Shown here piece by piece: positions 43,470-56,045 of a stretch of DNA of 64,000 bases. This stretch comes from the human T2T-CHM13v2.0 reference genome, Homo sapiens. Both the position numbers and the translations under genes were made by a program. The notes beneath the pieces are model-generated. The model was given only the letters and a program-made list of their open reading frames with translations. It did no database searches and was not told where the DNA came from. The stretch is taken from the NCBI RefSeq assembly GCF_009914755.1, contig NC_060944.1. One strand, written 5' to 3'. Each line of letters begins with the position of its first letter. The stretch's first letter is position 1.

Positions 43470-46400
43470 TTATTCTAGAAGCATGACTATGATCCTCATC
43501 TATGCAGTGGCTGAGTAGGTGGAATTAGTGCTCATTCTGCTACCTAGCAACTGAAGATTCATTAGAGGGCACAGGAAGGAGTTCCTTTCCTGGGCTTCTC
43601 AGGCTGAGCCATGTTCTACAACTTAGCCTTTCTTAGGTTTTAGATTCGGGTAATAAAGTGCCTTCCTAGCTATTAATGGGTCATAATTTTGTTCTTTCTG
43701 TGTCCAACGCCCTTAGACAAACATCCTGGAAGAGAAGCAATACAGGTGCTAGGTTTTGGGCACCAATCTCTGACCTAAATCTGGGTATGGCAAAAATGTT
43801 ATAAGGATAGGTAAGTGCTCATTTCACAAATGTGGGGCTTATCTCTCACTTTTCTCCTCTTGTTCTTTCTCCTTCTTCTCCTTTTCGTATTTCTCTTCTT
43901 GCTCCTCATTCTACCAAACCTTGCATCCATATTGCCACCAGTTTAGGCCATCTCTAGGTGGAAGATGCTTCTAGCTACTGCAGGTAACTCTTAGAACTCA
44001 GATTCCAGCCCTAGCCTCCTCTTCTATCCCAGCCAGGTAACTCCATCTCCTCCAGGCAACTTGCCAGGTCTGTTCTCTGTATGTGAAGGGAGGTTGCTGC
44101 TCTCAGTGGTAGCACTGGACTTCTGGATGTCAAAGCTGATCTATTGAGGGTGGATTTTGTACCTGAAACCCTCTGTGATAAAAGCCAATTGTTCAACCAA
44201 ACATGTCCCCCTGAAAGTGGGGTGAAGCCAAAAGCAGGATAGCATGACTGTTTTCATACTAATTTTTTGAAAAAATAATTGCGTTGAGTACTTGCCATGT
44301 GCCAGGGTTTGGGTTACCATTAGCTTAAGGTCTCTTTATGACTGCACATTAGAATCACCTGGGCAGGTTTTACAACTCCCAAAGCCAAGGTCCTTCTCAA
44401 GACCAATGAAGTCAGACTCTCTGGGGTGGGACATAGGCATTGGTAGTGTTTAAAACTCCCCAGCTGATGCTACTATGCAGCCATAATTTTTGCAAATAGT
44501 GACTTTAAAATATTTTCCCATGAGTCTCCTCATTGGTTCCTTTTGTTTTGGGTTTGTCCCCTCCAATCCATTCTCCACTGTAATCAGAAAGATCTTTCTA
44601 AAATGTGAATAGGACCCAGTGATTCCTCTTGCCATTGCCTTCAGGATAAATTTCAAACTCTTTAGTGCAACATCCTTAATGACTTCACCCCAAATGCCCC
44701 TGCAGCATCACTTCTTGCTCTTATATCTATCCTACCAGTTATAAGGTGTTTAAAATTTATAAGACTTTTCGCATGCTGTTCCCTTTACCTGAAATTCCCT
44801 TCCACCTGAGTCCGTCTGACAAACTCCTACATGTCCTTCAAAACTCAGCGTAAGCATCTTCTTTGTGGAATCTTCTCTGTTCACTCTCCCTCACCCCACT
44901 GCATCCCCAGGTAAAGCCAGTTACTTCTATTATTAGATAGACTTCTTTGCATCTAATAATTTAACTCTATTTCTCAACTTGGTCATAGGCTTCTTCAAGG
45001 AAAGGGTAGCATCTTTGTCACGACTGTATCTCCAGAACCCGATGCTGGCTCTATACTTCAGATGTGCTTGAAAGACCTATTTAGGATGAATGAATGAGTG
45101 GAATAATTAGTGAATGAGGTGGCTTCTGTGCTTTCAGAGGGCAAATATCCTGGGATCTTAGAGGTGTCAGTGACCTTGAAAATTGCCTAGTTGTGTTCCC
45201 ATCCACAATGGCCTTCCAAGCAGCTGATAAGTGGATCCATAGCATCTATCACTTGGATAACCTCCATGACAGATAGCTCACCACTTCTCCAACTTTTGGC
45301 CTCACTTTTGGACAGACTCACCAGAGTTTTTTCTTTACTCAACCTCACTGCACTTTGCCTATGCCATCTCATGGGGCCCCACAGAATAAATGTGTGCCCT
45401 TTCTCTGTCCTGTGACATCCTGCAGAGATTTCATGAAAGTCTCTTGTATTCACTCCCAGAATCCTTGAATGGCAGTTTGGGGTCCTCTCACCATCAACAA
45501 ACACCATGCCTTCCAGGAGACACCCCAGCATGCACCTATCCCTCAACAATCCTAAACCGAACAAAACAGTTGTGATAAGTGGGTGGCAGTTCGTGGGAAA
45601 CCACACAGGCCCTGTCATGGTCCTGGGAGCCTCTGTCTCCCTTAGTGGGGGCTGAAGGGGACCGAGTAGGCCTGGGGGCTGTGATGATGTTGATAAAAGC
45701 AGAGGAGGGATGCCTAATAGAGCCTCTGGGAGGGAGTGGTAATGACCCCGTAATTGGCAGACTTTGATCACACATCCATTTCCCTTTTTAGGGAGCTACA
45801 ATCTAATAAGGGATAATCTCTTGAAGCAAAAAAAATATGAGGGGGAAAAGTATGAAAGAGAGACTCATTTCCATCTTCAAAGTGAGCAAGCTAAGGGCAT
45901 TATTTTTCCATTAGTGGCTAGTTACAGTAGATTGACCAGGGAATGGTGGCAGTCATTAGGCGCTAATCACATTCTTTTGAAACCAAAATTGCCATCTCAT
46001 TATATTCATCCATTATCAATCTCCGCTTTCCTTTTCTCATTCTCTTCTCCTGAGAGTGCTGGGCCCTATTTTTACATTCCTCTCTGAGTGTGGAAATGTT
46101 TCCTACTCTTCAACAGTGTTGTTTTTCCAAGGCAGTCATTTTTTTTTTTTTTTTTTTTTTAGTTCAAAAGATGTATTTGGGGATGTCCTTATCCCTGGAG
46201 AGCTGCGCCGTGGTATTTATAGAATCCTCAAAAGTCAGATTTGGAAGGATCTTTTGAGAAAATTATTGACTCATTTTATAGATCAGCAAAGTGAGGTCCT
46301 GAGACAGGAAATGACTTGCCCAAGAATATACATTGAGTCTGTCCCCACTCCCTCCCTCACTCACTTCCTTCCTTCCCCAGTGACCATCTGGATGCCAGGT

Positions 46401-47300
46401 GCTGGGATAGACAGGGACCCGGGCAAGGGACTAGATAGGGTGGTGTGGGGAGAACTCTGAAAAGGGGAGATCTGAGAGGGAGAAAAGCAGCCCCTGAATT
46501 CTGGGAGCTGACCTGGCACTCACAGGTAGGCCTTGGTGCTCTCCTGCTGAACGTGGACAATTGCACGGAAGACCAACCACAGGCAAGGCCGCTCTGAGGC
46601 CACGATGGAACAAGACAAAAGCAAGTTGTATCTGGATGCAGACAAAGATATGAACATTGTCCAAGCCAAAAAAATGACCAAACACCCCCATATTCTGGTT
46701 AATATGAGCGGCCTGATTCTTTGCCAATTACAGCTCTAGCCTCTATCTGATCTTCCCTTCTTATAGGTAAGATGTATTAAGATATCCAATCATACCACTT
46801 CCCAGTGTGTCCAACCTAAAACAAAGCCTCACCTCCTTAGGGCCTCTTTCAAATCAGCAAACACAGCCCACATTCTGAGTCCTTCCTAACATCCTCTTCC
46901 TGAAATGTCCCACAGGAATGCACACTTCCAGGTATGCATTCACTTCATTGCAACAAGTGATAAACCCAACTTGTTCACCTCCAGGAGGTGTGTCCCTGCT
47001 GATCTCTGGCCAATACATTTCAGCTAAAAACTAAATGATAAGCAGATGCCAGCTTTGGCGAGAGCTGGGGAAGGAATGTTCCATTCAGAGGGAACAGCAA
47101 GTGCGGAGGCCCTGGGATGGAATGAGCTTTTTGTGTTCTAGAGCCTCTAGAAAGGGAGGCTCTCCAGAGCAGAGAGAATAAGAGGAGGATGACAAATAAT
47201 GTGGATTTGGCTTGGGGTTGGGGCAGGGTGTTCAATCAAGGTCTCGTGGACCAAGGACAAGAACGTGAGTTTTATTATAATTCAATGGGAAAGTTTTGGA

Positions 47301-47600
<300 letters not shown>

Positions 47601-49003
47601 CAGAAACTTTTTAAGAGGGGTAGGCTGAGCTAGTGCCAGCATCATGATAAATGGCAGACAGTGCTTGTCACTGGAACCTTCTTTATCCTTGATGATATGC
47701 TTTATAGATTTTAGAATAAAATTATCATCTGGTACCCGCCCCAGACTAACTCTCCCTGCGAGTGCAACCCACCCTCCTATCCACAGAGCTGAGCCCATGG
47801 GAGGCTCAGACCACATGACCACAAGTCACAGACTTCTTGTGTTCTGCTGTGCTGACTCAGTCCATAGGACTATGAAACCTACCTCAATGTCCCACTTAGT
47901 ACGTTCATTTTCTGCTAGAACTGAGAATGATCGCTGATGCCTGTGTGGCTGATTTTTTCTTCTACCTGGTTCTACTGAGCCAAACCAACAGAAGCTTGCC
48001 ATCCTTCTTTAGACACTCTTCTTTGCACCTAAGCCCTTCTGAGTTATGCCTAAAATAGTAAGATGTCAAAACACAAAGCTTCCTAGAGCAGCTCACTCCC
48101 AATTCAAGGCTGAGGGCGTGTCAGCCCATTTCATTTACCCATTTACCTCCTATCCTCAGCAGATTCTGTCATTTGCAATGCCCCCCTTCACTCTCCTTTG
48201 CTTGACTGTATCCCTGGAGATAATTGGATATGTTATGCCCTAGGGTGCAGCAAAACCAGGCCAGGGATCGCTGATGAGGCAGTTCCTGGCTGATGCTCCA
48301 GGGCACAGCTGAGGGCTTGCCGCCTCCATGTTCAGTCCAGCCTGCCAGGATTTCTCCACACCCCTGTCCAACACTGTACTCTCCTGGTGCAGGGAACACT
48401 CTGGAGAGTCTTCAGCAAGGAGGCACCATTTTACCTGGGTCTTTCCTTCATTTGTCTTGTCAAGAAATACACTTGCACACTAACTGTGTATGCGAGTCAG
48501 GGAAAAGGCAGAGCTTTGCAAAAGGCAGACAGACTAAAATGTTTGAATATTTTTACTGCAAATAAGTTCACCACTTCGAGTGTCAATAAACGTTTCTGAA
48601 AAGAGTCAGTAATACATCCTGAAGGTTATGGGTGGGGAAGGATTTAACTATACAGAAGTAACGCAAGGTAACTTTTTGGTTGATGAAATTCTCATGTGTC
48701 CTGATTGTGTTGGTGTTTAAACGACTCTATTTATTAAAACTCATAAAACTGTACACTCTCCCAAAACTAATTTTATACTATGTAAATTTTAAAAAATGGA
48801 AAATAACACACCCCACGGAATTTTGTGATGATTAGTGACTACCCGATACAATACCCATAGCACCTGGCACAATGCCTGGTACACAGTAGGTGCCCAGAAT
48901 CTTCCATCTTCCATATCCTCTTTCCCAGGGATATAATATTGAGCCTTTTTGGTCCACTTGTAGAAATCATTCTCTTGCCATCTTCAGTCAAAAACATCAA
49001 GGA

Positions 49004-49617
49004 TTTTTTTTTTTTTTTTAATTTTACTTTAAGTAAGTTCTGGGATACATGTGCAGAACGTGCAGGTTTGTTACATAGCTATACATGTGCCATGGTGGTT
49101 TGCTGCACCTATCAACCTATCATCTAGGTTTCAAGCCCCGCATACATTAGGTATTTGCTCTAATGTTCTCCCTCCCTTTGTCCCCACCCCCACCCCCTGA
49201 CAGGCCCTGGGGTGTCATATTCCCGTGTCCATGTGTCCTCATTGTTCAACTCCCACTTATGAGAACATGTGGTGTTTGCTTTTCTGTTCTTGTGTTAGTT
49301 TGCTGAGAATGATGGTTTCCAGCTTCATCCATGTCCCTGCAAAGGACATGAACTCATTCTTTTCTATGGCTGCATAGTATTCCATGGTATATATGTGCCA
49401 CATTTTCTTTATCCAGTCTATCATTGATGGGCATTTGGGTTGGTTCCAAGTCTTTGCTATTATAAATAGTGCTGCAGTAAACATATGTGTGCATATGTCT
49501 TTATAGTAGAATTATTTATAATGCTTTGGGTATATACCCAGTAATGGGATTGCTGGGTCAAATGGTATTTCTCGTTCTAGATCCTTGAGGAATCGCCACA
49601 CTGTCTTTCACAATGGT
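49004..49617 (-). mobile_element. 5'-truncated primate L1PA (about 600-bp 3' end), sense to PTPRT
   Basis: Poly-T followed by ttctgggatacatgtgcagaacgtgcagg...ttgaggaatcgccacactgtc. ORF 49257..49484 is the L1 ORF2 C-terminus (MFTAALFIIAKTWNQPKCPS). Confidence 0.95.
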
Positions 49618-50476
49618 AGAAACATCCAGTTTCTTTTTTCTTACAAGGGCAAAGATGGGAAATCTCTGAAACATCTATTCTGGTTTGCCTCAGACCAAAG
49701 GGATTCCCAGGATGTAGGACTTTCAGTTTTAAAACTGGGACCGTTTTGGGAAAATTGGGATAAGCTGGTCCCTCTAGGTATAGGTAAAATAGCATTTAGG
49801 GAATGGGAACGTTTCATAATCTGTTGGGAGCCTAAGGTCTGGTCTCTATTGTGGTCCACGGGTTCAGTTAACACATTTACTGATGTCGATGGTCAGCTTG
49901 TGGGTGACAAGGGAATCACAGCTCTGCAGGTTGTGCACAATCGAAGAGCATTGCATCTATGGGAGCACCATGCATACGGCAGAAATTTTAGGGTTTCCAT
50001 ATTTATTATGAACATTTTCTGGAAGGTGACAGCCAAATATCTTGAGACAGGTGCACCTTTTGTTATTTCACTCTAAGGTGCTGTAGGAGTTAGTGGTGGC
50101 CTTGGCAGAGGCCAAGCTTTCAACAAATTCCATCTTCTGTGCTGAAAAGCACAAGACTTAGGGATTATAAATGTGGACAGAGAAGGCAGGAGAGGATGAC
50201 TAATGACGTCTATTCAGAGTGGCATCAGGAGAGCAAATATTATTGCATACCATGTCACTAAATAGACAGTAATTTATGAGTTCTGCTGGTGAAGCTAAGT
50301 AGAAAATCAGATTGCAGCAAGATGGGGGTATTTGTCTGTGACAGGAACTTTGATCAAGGCAGAGAAGTTGAGTGCATGTCTGCATGTAGACTCACAAAAC
50401 ACTCTTTAAAAGGCCCAATTAAAAGCTACAAGTTCTCCTTTAGGTGACAAATTCCCTGCCTTCAAGAAGTCTATAG

Positions 50477-50712
50477 CTTAATGGGAAATCTCACGCGAGG
50501 GTACCTCTATTCCTCCCAGCTGTGAGTCTACAATCTTGGGGATCCCCATAATTCACTTCAGGCTACAGACTTCCAGCTGTCTACACCCGTCTCCATGGTC
50601 ATGCATGAGCTTCCGGGTGGCTGACTCCAGACCAGCAACTCTCCTCTAAACTTGCAGCCAGCTATGGTGAAGAGGCAGACTGCCAGGGGCCATGATCATA
50701 ACCTTGGTAACT
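50477..50712 (+). repeat. Copy 1 of a 236-bp local direct duplication
   Basis: Ungapped alignment to 51488-51723 (offset 1011), with 15 mismatches by manual count. Confidence 0.95.
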
Positions 50713-51487
50713 GTTTTCAAGAAAACTGTGCAACGGGTGTAAGATTCCTATTAAATCTCCCCAACTAGTTTCATTTCTCCTTTCATAGGCAGGCATCTTT
50801 GTTTCTCCTAAAAAAAAATTGGCTGCAGCATTTTAATCATTTCGTTTTTTGCTTCCAAGCTTTGCACATGTAGTTCCCTCTTGTACACAACCTTCTCCTC
50901 TACCCATCTTCTTCTACTTTTCTCTAACTCGGAGTCTTATCTTTTCTGAAACTTCTGATAGCTTTTGGCAACAAGAAGTGGCAAAAAGCAAGTGTGTCTC
51001 CAAAGCATTTGAACTAGAGTTCTGTTACATCATTACATGGTGTGGCAAGACCACGAGCTTTCTTTAAAGCAGCATCTTTATTTTCTTTATTTATCTTTCT
51101 ATCTCCAGTGCCCAGTGTTAGGTGCACAATAAATACTCAGTCAGTGTTTCTGGCCAGATTAGTGTTCATAAAATAGAAGCATATACTATCAGCCTTTAGA
51201 ATTTCATGCTAAGCCTGTAGTCAAACATTTCACAGATGAAAATGAGACCCAGAGAGGGAAGAGTCTTGCCCAAGACCACCCAGAGTCTCAGGAGCAGATT
51301 GAGGACCAGGTTTTGACTCTTGGTCAAAGGATTTTTCTATAGTACCACCTGAAAATTGCTCACTTGGTTGGGGGAGATCCTGTATTAAATACACAAAAAA
51401 CCCACCATGTGCTCTGTTAGAAACAATATTGTAAGTAGAACAATAAAAATAGGCTAAAAGGGAAAGACTGAGTCTCTTCCCTTTTCC

Positions 51488-51723
51488 CTTAATGGGGAAT
51501 CTCACACGAGGGTACCTCTATTCCTCCCAGCTGTGAGCCTACAATTTTGGGGATCCCCATAACTCACTTCAGGCTACAGACTTCCAGCTGCCTACACGTG
51601 TCTCCATGGTCATGCATGAGCTTCTGGGTGGCTGACTCTAGGCCAGCAACTCTTCTCTACACTTGCAGCCAGCTACAGTGAAGAGGCAGACTGCCAGGGG
51701 CCATGATCATAACCTTGGTAACT
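51488..51723 (+). repeat. Copy 2 of the 236-bp local direct duplication, followed by scrambled micro-repeats to 51791
   Basis: About 94% identical to 50477-50712. Confidence 0.95.
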
Positions 51724-52921
51724 CTTCCAAGATCCTAGATCCCTCCAAGATCCTTGGTAACTCTTCCATGATCATAACCATAGTCTCTTCCATGTGAGCT
51801 CTTTCCTGCTGGAAAACTCTCAAGTTTGAAACCACAGCGGTCACTGATGGCTTTTGGCCACTCCCTATAATGGCCTATTGTCTTTTTTCAATCTGGAGGT
51901 GGGGTGGAGTGGAGTGAAACGAGCAGGTGGAGCCCAGGTATTCCTGTTTTGGTCATTATGAGTTCCCAGAGTTGAAGAACCCCATGGATTTCCCATTCAT
52001 GATTTGGGCGTGGGCCAGTAATTCCTCATGCCCCTCCCTAGAACCATGCTCATCTGCAAATTGAGGAGCTGAACCAGAACCTTTCTGGGGTTGCCTGTGG
52101 TGGGATATTCTGTCATCACTCTGTTACCAACTGAGGAGAACAAACCTTGTGGGAGAAGCAGAGGTGTCCTCAGACACTGCTCAGGGGGCTCTGAGCAGAG
52201 AAGGGAGCACCTGGGGTGACCTGAAACTTCCATCTCTATAGTTATACCCCATTCAAAAGCTGCCTGCCTGCCATCACCCCATCACCCACAGATGACTAAG
52301 AACAAGATGGCAACACAGGCCTTCCCCACAAAAGCCATACATATGGTGTGTCCGTCCTGAGCTGGAAAATGAACAAATGTTTGCTCTTCATTAGGCTGCA
52401 TCATATTCCTCACAGCTGTTCCTTGTTGCTTTAAATAGTCTTAATGGAGCTGTAATAACCAGTACCTTCTGGTTGCCCTACTGGGCTGGTTCCATTCATT
52501 ATGGCGACAGCCTGTCTGGATTGAACTGGGATGAATGTGCTTCTTCCTTCTCTCCCATCACAAAGTCACCTCTTCCAATTCTCCCTTTTCTTCCCTAAAC
52601 CTGCTGCTCTTCTGACTACCATGGCAGCAGTTACATGGGACACAGATAACTCGGCTCTCCAGCCCACATCTCTTATATTTTGCTGTGATGCTTAGGGTTT
52701 TGCTGTGTAACAGGGGAAGGTGGGAGAACTGGAGCTGGGGGGGAAGCAGGCTGGGGAGGAGGGAGGATGCTGTGGTTCAGAATCACATGCTCTTGACTTT
52801 AATAGGAAGGGTATATGGTTCAGAATCACATGCCCTTTCATCAGCAGGAGTAGACCTGAGGGTTGGCAGAGCATGCCAGGGGATGTGTGTGGGCACATGC
52901 TGGGGACTCCATGGGTTTTCT

Positions 52922-53130
52922 TAGTGGTTCTCAGCTTTAAAAGTATATTCACATCAACCGGAGGGCTTAGAAAACACTGAAGTATATATCCCACCCCCAG
53001 TGATTCTGAAATGTGGCTGTACACTGAAGTATACATCCCACCCCCAGTGAAACTGATCTGAAATGTGGCCTGAGCATTGGTGTTTTTTAAAACTTCCCCA
53101 GGTAACTCTAATGCGCAACCCAAATTGAAG
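52922..53130. mobile_element. MER5-like MITE with an internal ~47-bp tandem duplication
   Basis: agtggttctcagcttt...aaacttccccaggtaactctaatgcgcaacc. Confidence 0.65.
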
Positions 53131-54239
53131 GCCTCTGACTGAGGCTCAGATCTATCTGGCAGGTGAAGTTAATTTGTCTTGGGCCTCCTTGAGCTCCTAG
53201 GAGCCCAAGGCCCTTGGCCAATTGTGGTTTTTAGAACTTGAGACATAACCATGGAAGCGGCAGCCCCAGATAGTGAGGTCCCATGCGACCATCAGTGGGA
53301 GGGAGGCCCAGCTGGCTCGGCCAATTGGTTCTTATTTAGACTCCCAGAATATCAGTGACAGAAGGGTTATTTGGATCACTTTGACAAACCCCTTTGCTCC
53401 CACTGCATAAATGTGGAAATGGAGGCCCAGAGGAGAGTGACCTGCCTAAGGTCACCTGAATACTTAATGAATGTTATAGGACTTGATTCCAGGCATTTTG
53501 ACTCTTCAATTCAAGATAGTTCATACATTATTTCAAATAATTGAACTTAAAATATATATTGAGAGACTCAAGTTTTCATGCCAACGAGAACAAGCTGATT
53601 TTATGGCTCTACATGCAGAAAAAGTGCGTAGGCTTGTCTGGGCTCTGGGCCCAGTCTCCTGGTTTGGGCAGCCCCATATTTTCCTTGAATTACTGTCCCA
53701 GCCGCCTACCTGCCTCTGTTGTCCCTGCTCTGATCTCTACAAGATCTAAAATGCAAATCTACTTTAGAAAGTCCTGCTCTCTTCGATGGCTCCAGTGGCT
53801 TCTTGATTACAATCCAAAGTCATTAGTGTAACAAACACTCATCTTTTGCTTCATCCTGGCCCCTGTTGACAGTTTCAGCCCCATCTCCCTCCATGCTTCC
53901 TCCCAAACCGTTTCTGGTTCCCCTCACTCAACCTGCTGTGCCCACCCCTGTGCCATAGCTTATGCTAGCCGCTCTGCCTGGAACGCCCTTCCCTTCTTTA
54001 ATTTGGTTCTTCCTACTTCTCAAGCTTCGGTTGAGGCTTCATGTCTTCCAGAAAGCCACTGGCTATTTACCTTTAGGCTGGGTTAATGCATCCCACCCCC
54101 AAGGATTCTCATAGCTCTGGATATACCTCTATGGTGGCATTTTTTGGCTCTCAGAATAGGCTCTACATTCCCTAGCAGGCAAGGGCTCTATTTAGTTCCC
54201 AGAGCCTAGTACAGTGTCTGTACCCTGGAAAATGCTCCC

Positions 54240-55215
54240 ATATCTTAAAGTTGAAATTCTGAAAGGCCTGGTCCTAGGTCCTTGTCTCTGTCTATACTCA
54301 CTTGCTTGGTGACCTCACCCAGTCTTGTGGCTTTAATCATCTATAGGCCAATAACTCCCAAAGCTTTCTCTCCAGCCCAGGCTTCTTTATCAAATTCCAA
54401 CTTCATAGATCCAACTACCTTCTTGCCACCACATGGAGACACTAATATGTCTAATGGACATTGCAAACTCAATTTAACATGAAACTACTGATTGTTCCAG
54501 CTCTGCTTTACTTGAGCATCCCCATTTCCATTAGAGGCAGCTCCATCCTACCAGTGGCACAAACAACAGCCTTGGAGTTACCCTTAATTCCTTTTGTAAC
54601 ATACACCATGTGTTAGGAAATGCTGTTGGCTCCATCTTTTAAATATATTCAGAATCCAACCACATCTCACCACCTCCTCTGCCATGCCCTGAGTCATCGT
54701 TGTCTGTCACCTGGGTTACTGCAATGTCCTCTTAACTTGCTTTCACCCTTGCCTTCCTAAGTTCCATTCTCAACACAGTAGCTAGAAGGAAGTAAGGTCA
54801 GATCATTAGCACTTGTCTTCTCAAAGCTCTGAGGTGGCTTTCCATTTTAGTCAGAGTAAAAGCCAAAGTCCTTATAACGGCTTGTAATGCATAGCATGGT
54901 CAGGTCCCTCTTTATTTCTCCAGTCGAATCTCCTATTACTCTTATCCCTTGCTCACTCTTCCTCTGCCACCCTGGCCTCTTTGCAACTGCTTGTACATGC
55001 CAGATATATTACTCTCTGGATCTGGAACTCTCTTCCTCCAGATATCTTCCACCATGTCTATATTCCAAGTTTCGTCATCTAATTAAGGACTATCCTTTTA
55101 TCCTTTTTACTATTGGAACCTCCTCTACTTCATGTCCCTGGAACAAATCTCCCTTCCTTGCTCTATTCTTTCTTTTTCCATGGTACTTGTGGCAGACTGT
55201 ATTATTATCCAAAGA
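54240..55215. mobile_element. L2 LINE fragment
   Basis: tctatactcacttgcttggtgacctcacccagtcttgtggcttta...cagaatccaaccacatctcaccacc...agagtaaaagccaaagtcctta. Confidence 0.75.
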
Positions 55216-55496
55216 TTTTCTTTTTCTTTTTTTTTTTTTGGAGATGGAGTCTCACTCTGTCCCACAGGCTGGAGTATACTGGCACGATCTCAGCTCACTG
55301 CAACCTGTGCCTCCTGGGTTCAAGTGATTCTCCTGCCTCAGCCTCCAGAGTACCTAGGGTTACAGGCACCCACCATCACGCCTGGCTAATTTTTGTATTT
55401 GTAGTAGAGAAGGGGTTTCACCATGTCGGCCAGGCTGGTCTTGAACTCCTGACCTCAGGCAATCCACCCACCTCAGCCTTTCAAAGTGCTGGGATT
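55216..55496 (-). mobile_element. AluS-like element, slightly 5'-truncated
   Basis: Poly-T plus Alu body. gattttctt flanks both ends. Confidence 0.93.
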
Positions 55497-55519
55497 TTCT
55501 TCCCCCCCCAATATTTCTT

Positions 55520-56045
55520 GCTCTGCATGCTCCTCTAGAATCTGGCAACTGCCCCTCCTCCTCATCAAGGGATAGAGTCAAATTCCCCTCTCCTAGAAAG
55601 TGGGGAGTTTTTACCTGCTTACAACCAATAGTACATGGTAGGAATAATGCAGTGTGATACCCAAGTTTGGGCCACAACGGTGATGCACTTTTCACCTTGT
55701 TATCTGGGGAGCTCACCTATGGAGTTCTGAGCCACCATGGAAATCGTCCACCTATCCCAAGGCTACTACACTGTGAAGAAGCCCAGGCCACTGAAGAGGC
55801 CATGTGTAGGTCTTCCAGTGGACAATCCCAGCTGAAAGCCTGCATCAGTCACTAGACATGTGAGTGAAGACATGTTCAGATGATTCCAGCCCCCAGCCTT
55901 GGAGACTTCCTAGCCAAGGCTCTGAACACTGTGTAGAAGAAACAGGTTGTCCCTGTTGTACCCTGCACAGATTCCACAGAATCAATGAATGCAAGAGATT
56001 GGTTGTTTCATGTTGTTAAAATTTGGAGTGGTTTGTAACATAGCA
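55520..56045. mobile_element. MaLR LTR (MLT1-type)
   Basis: ccaatagtacatgg...cacactgtgaagaagccca...gacatgtgagtgaaga...gattccagcccc...tttggagtggtttgtaacatagcaa. Confidence 0.7.

Noticed and set aside
45187-45771. 194-aa minus-strand ORF
   Set aside because: Intronic, non-ATG start, no known motif and no supporting splice structure.
49585-50076. 163-aa ORF
   Set aside because: It begins in antisense L1, crosses a MER94-like fragment, has a non-ATG start and shows no homology I recognise.
50477-51723. Direct repeats as paired LTRs of a small retroelement
   Set aside because: No TG...CA termini, primer-binding site or polypurine tract. The interior contains L2/MIR-like host DNA and the junctions look like repair scars.
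51701-51791. Short interspaced repeats resembling a CRISPR-like array
   Set aside because: Eukaryotic intron, irregular overlapping fragments, and no constant repeat-spacer periodicity.
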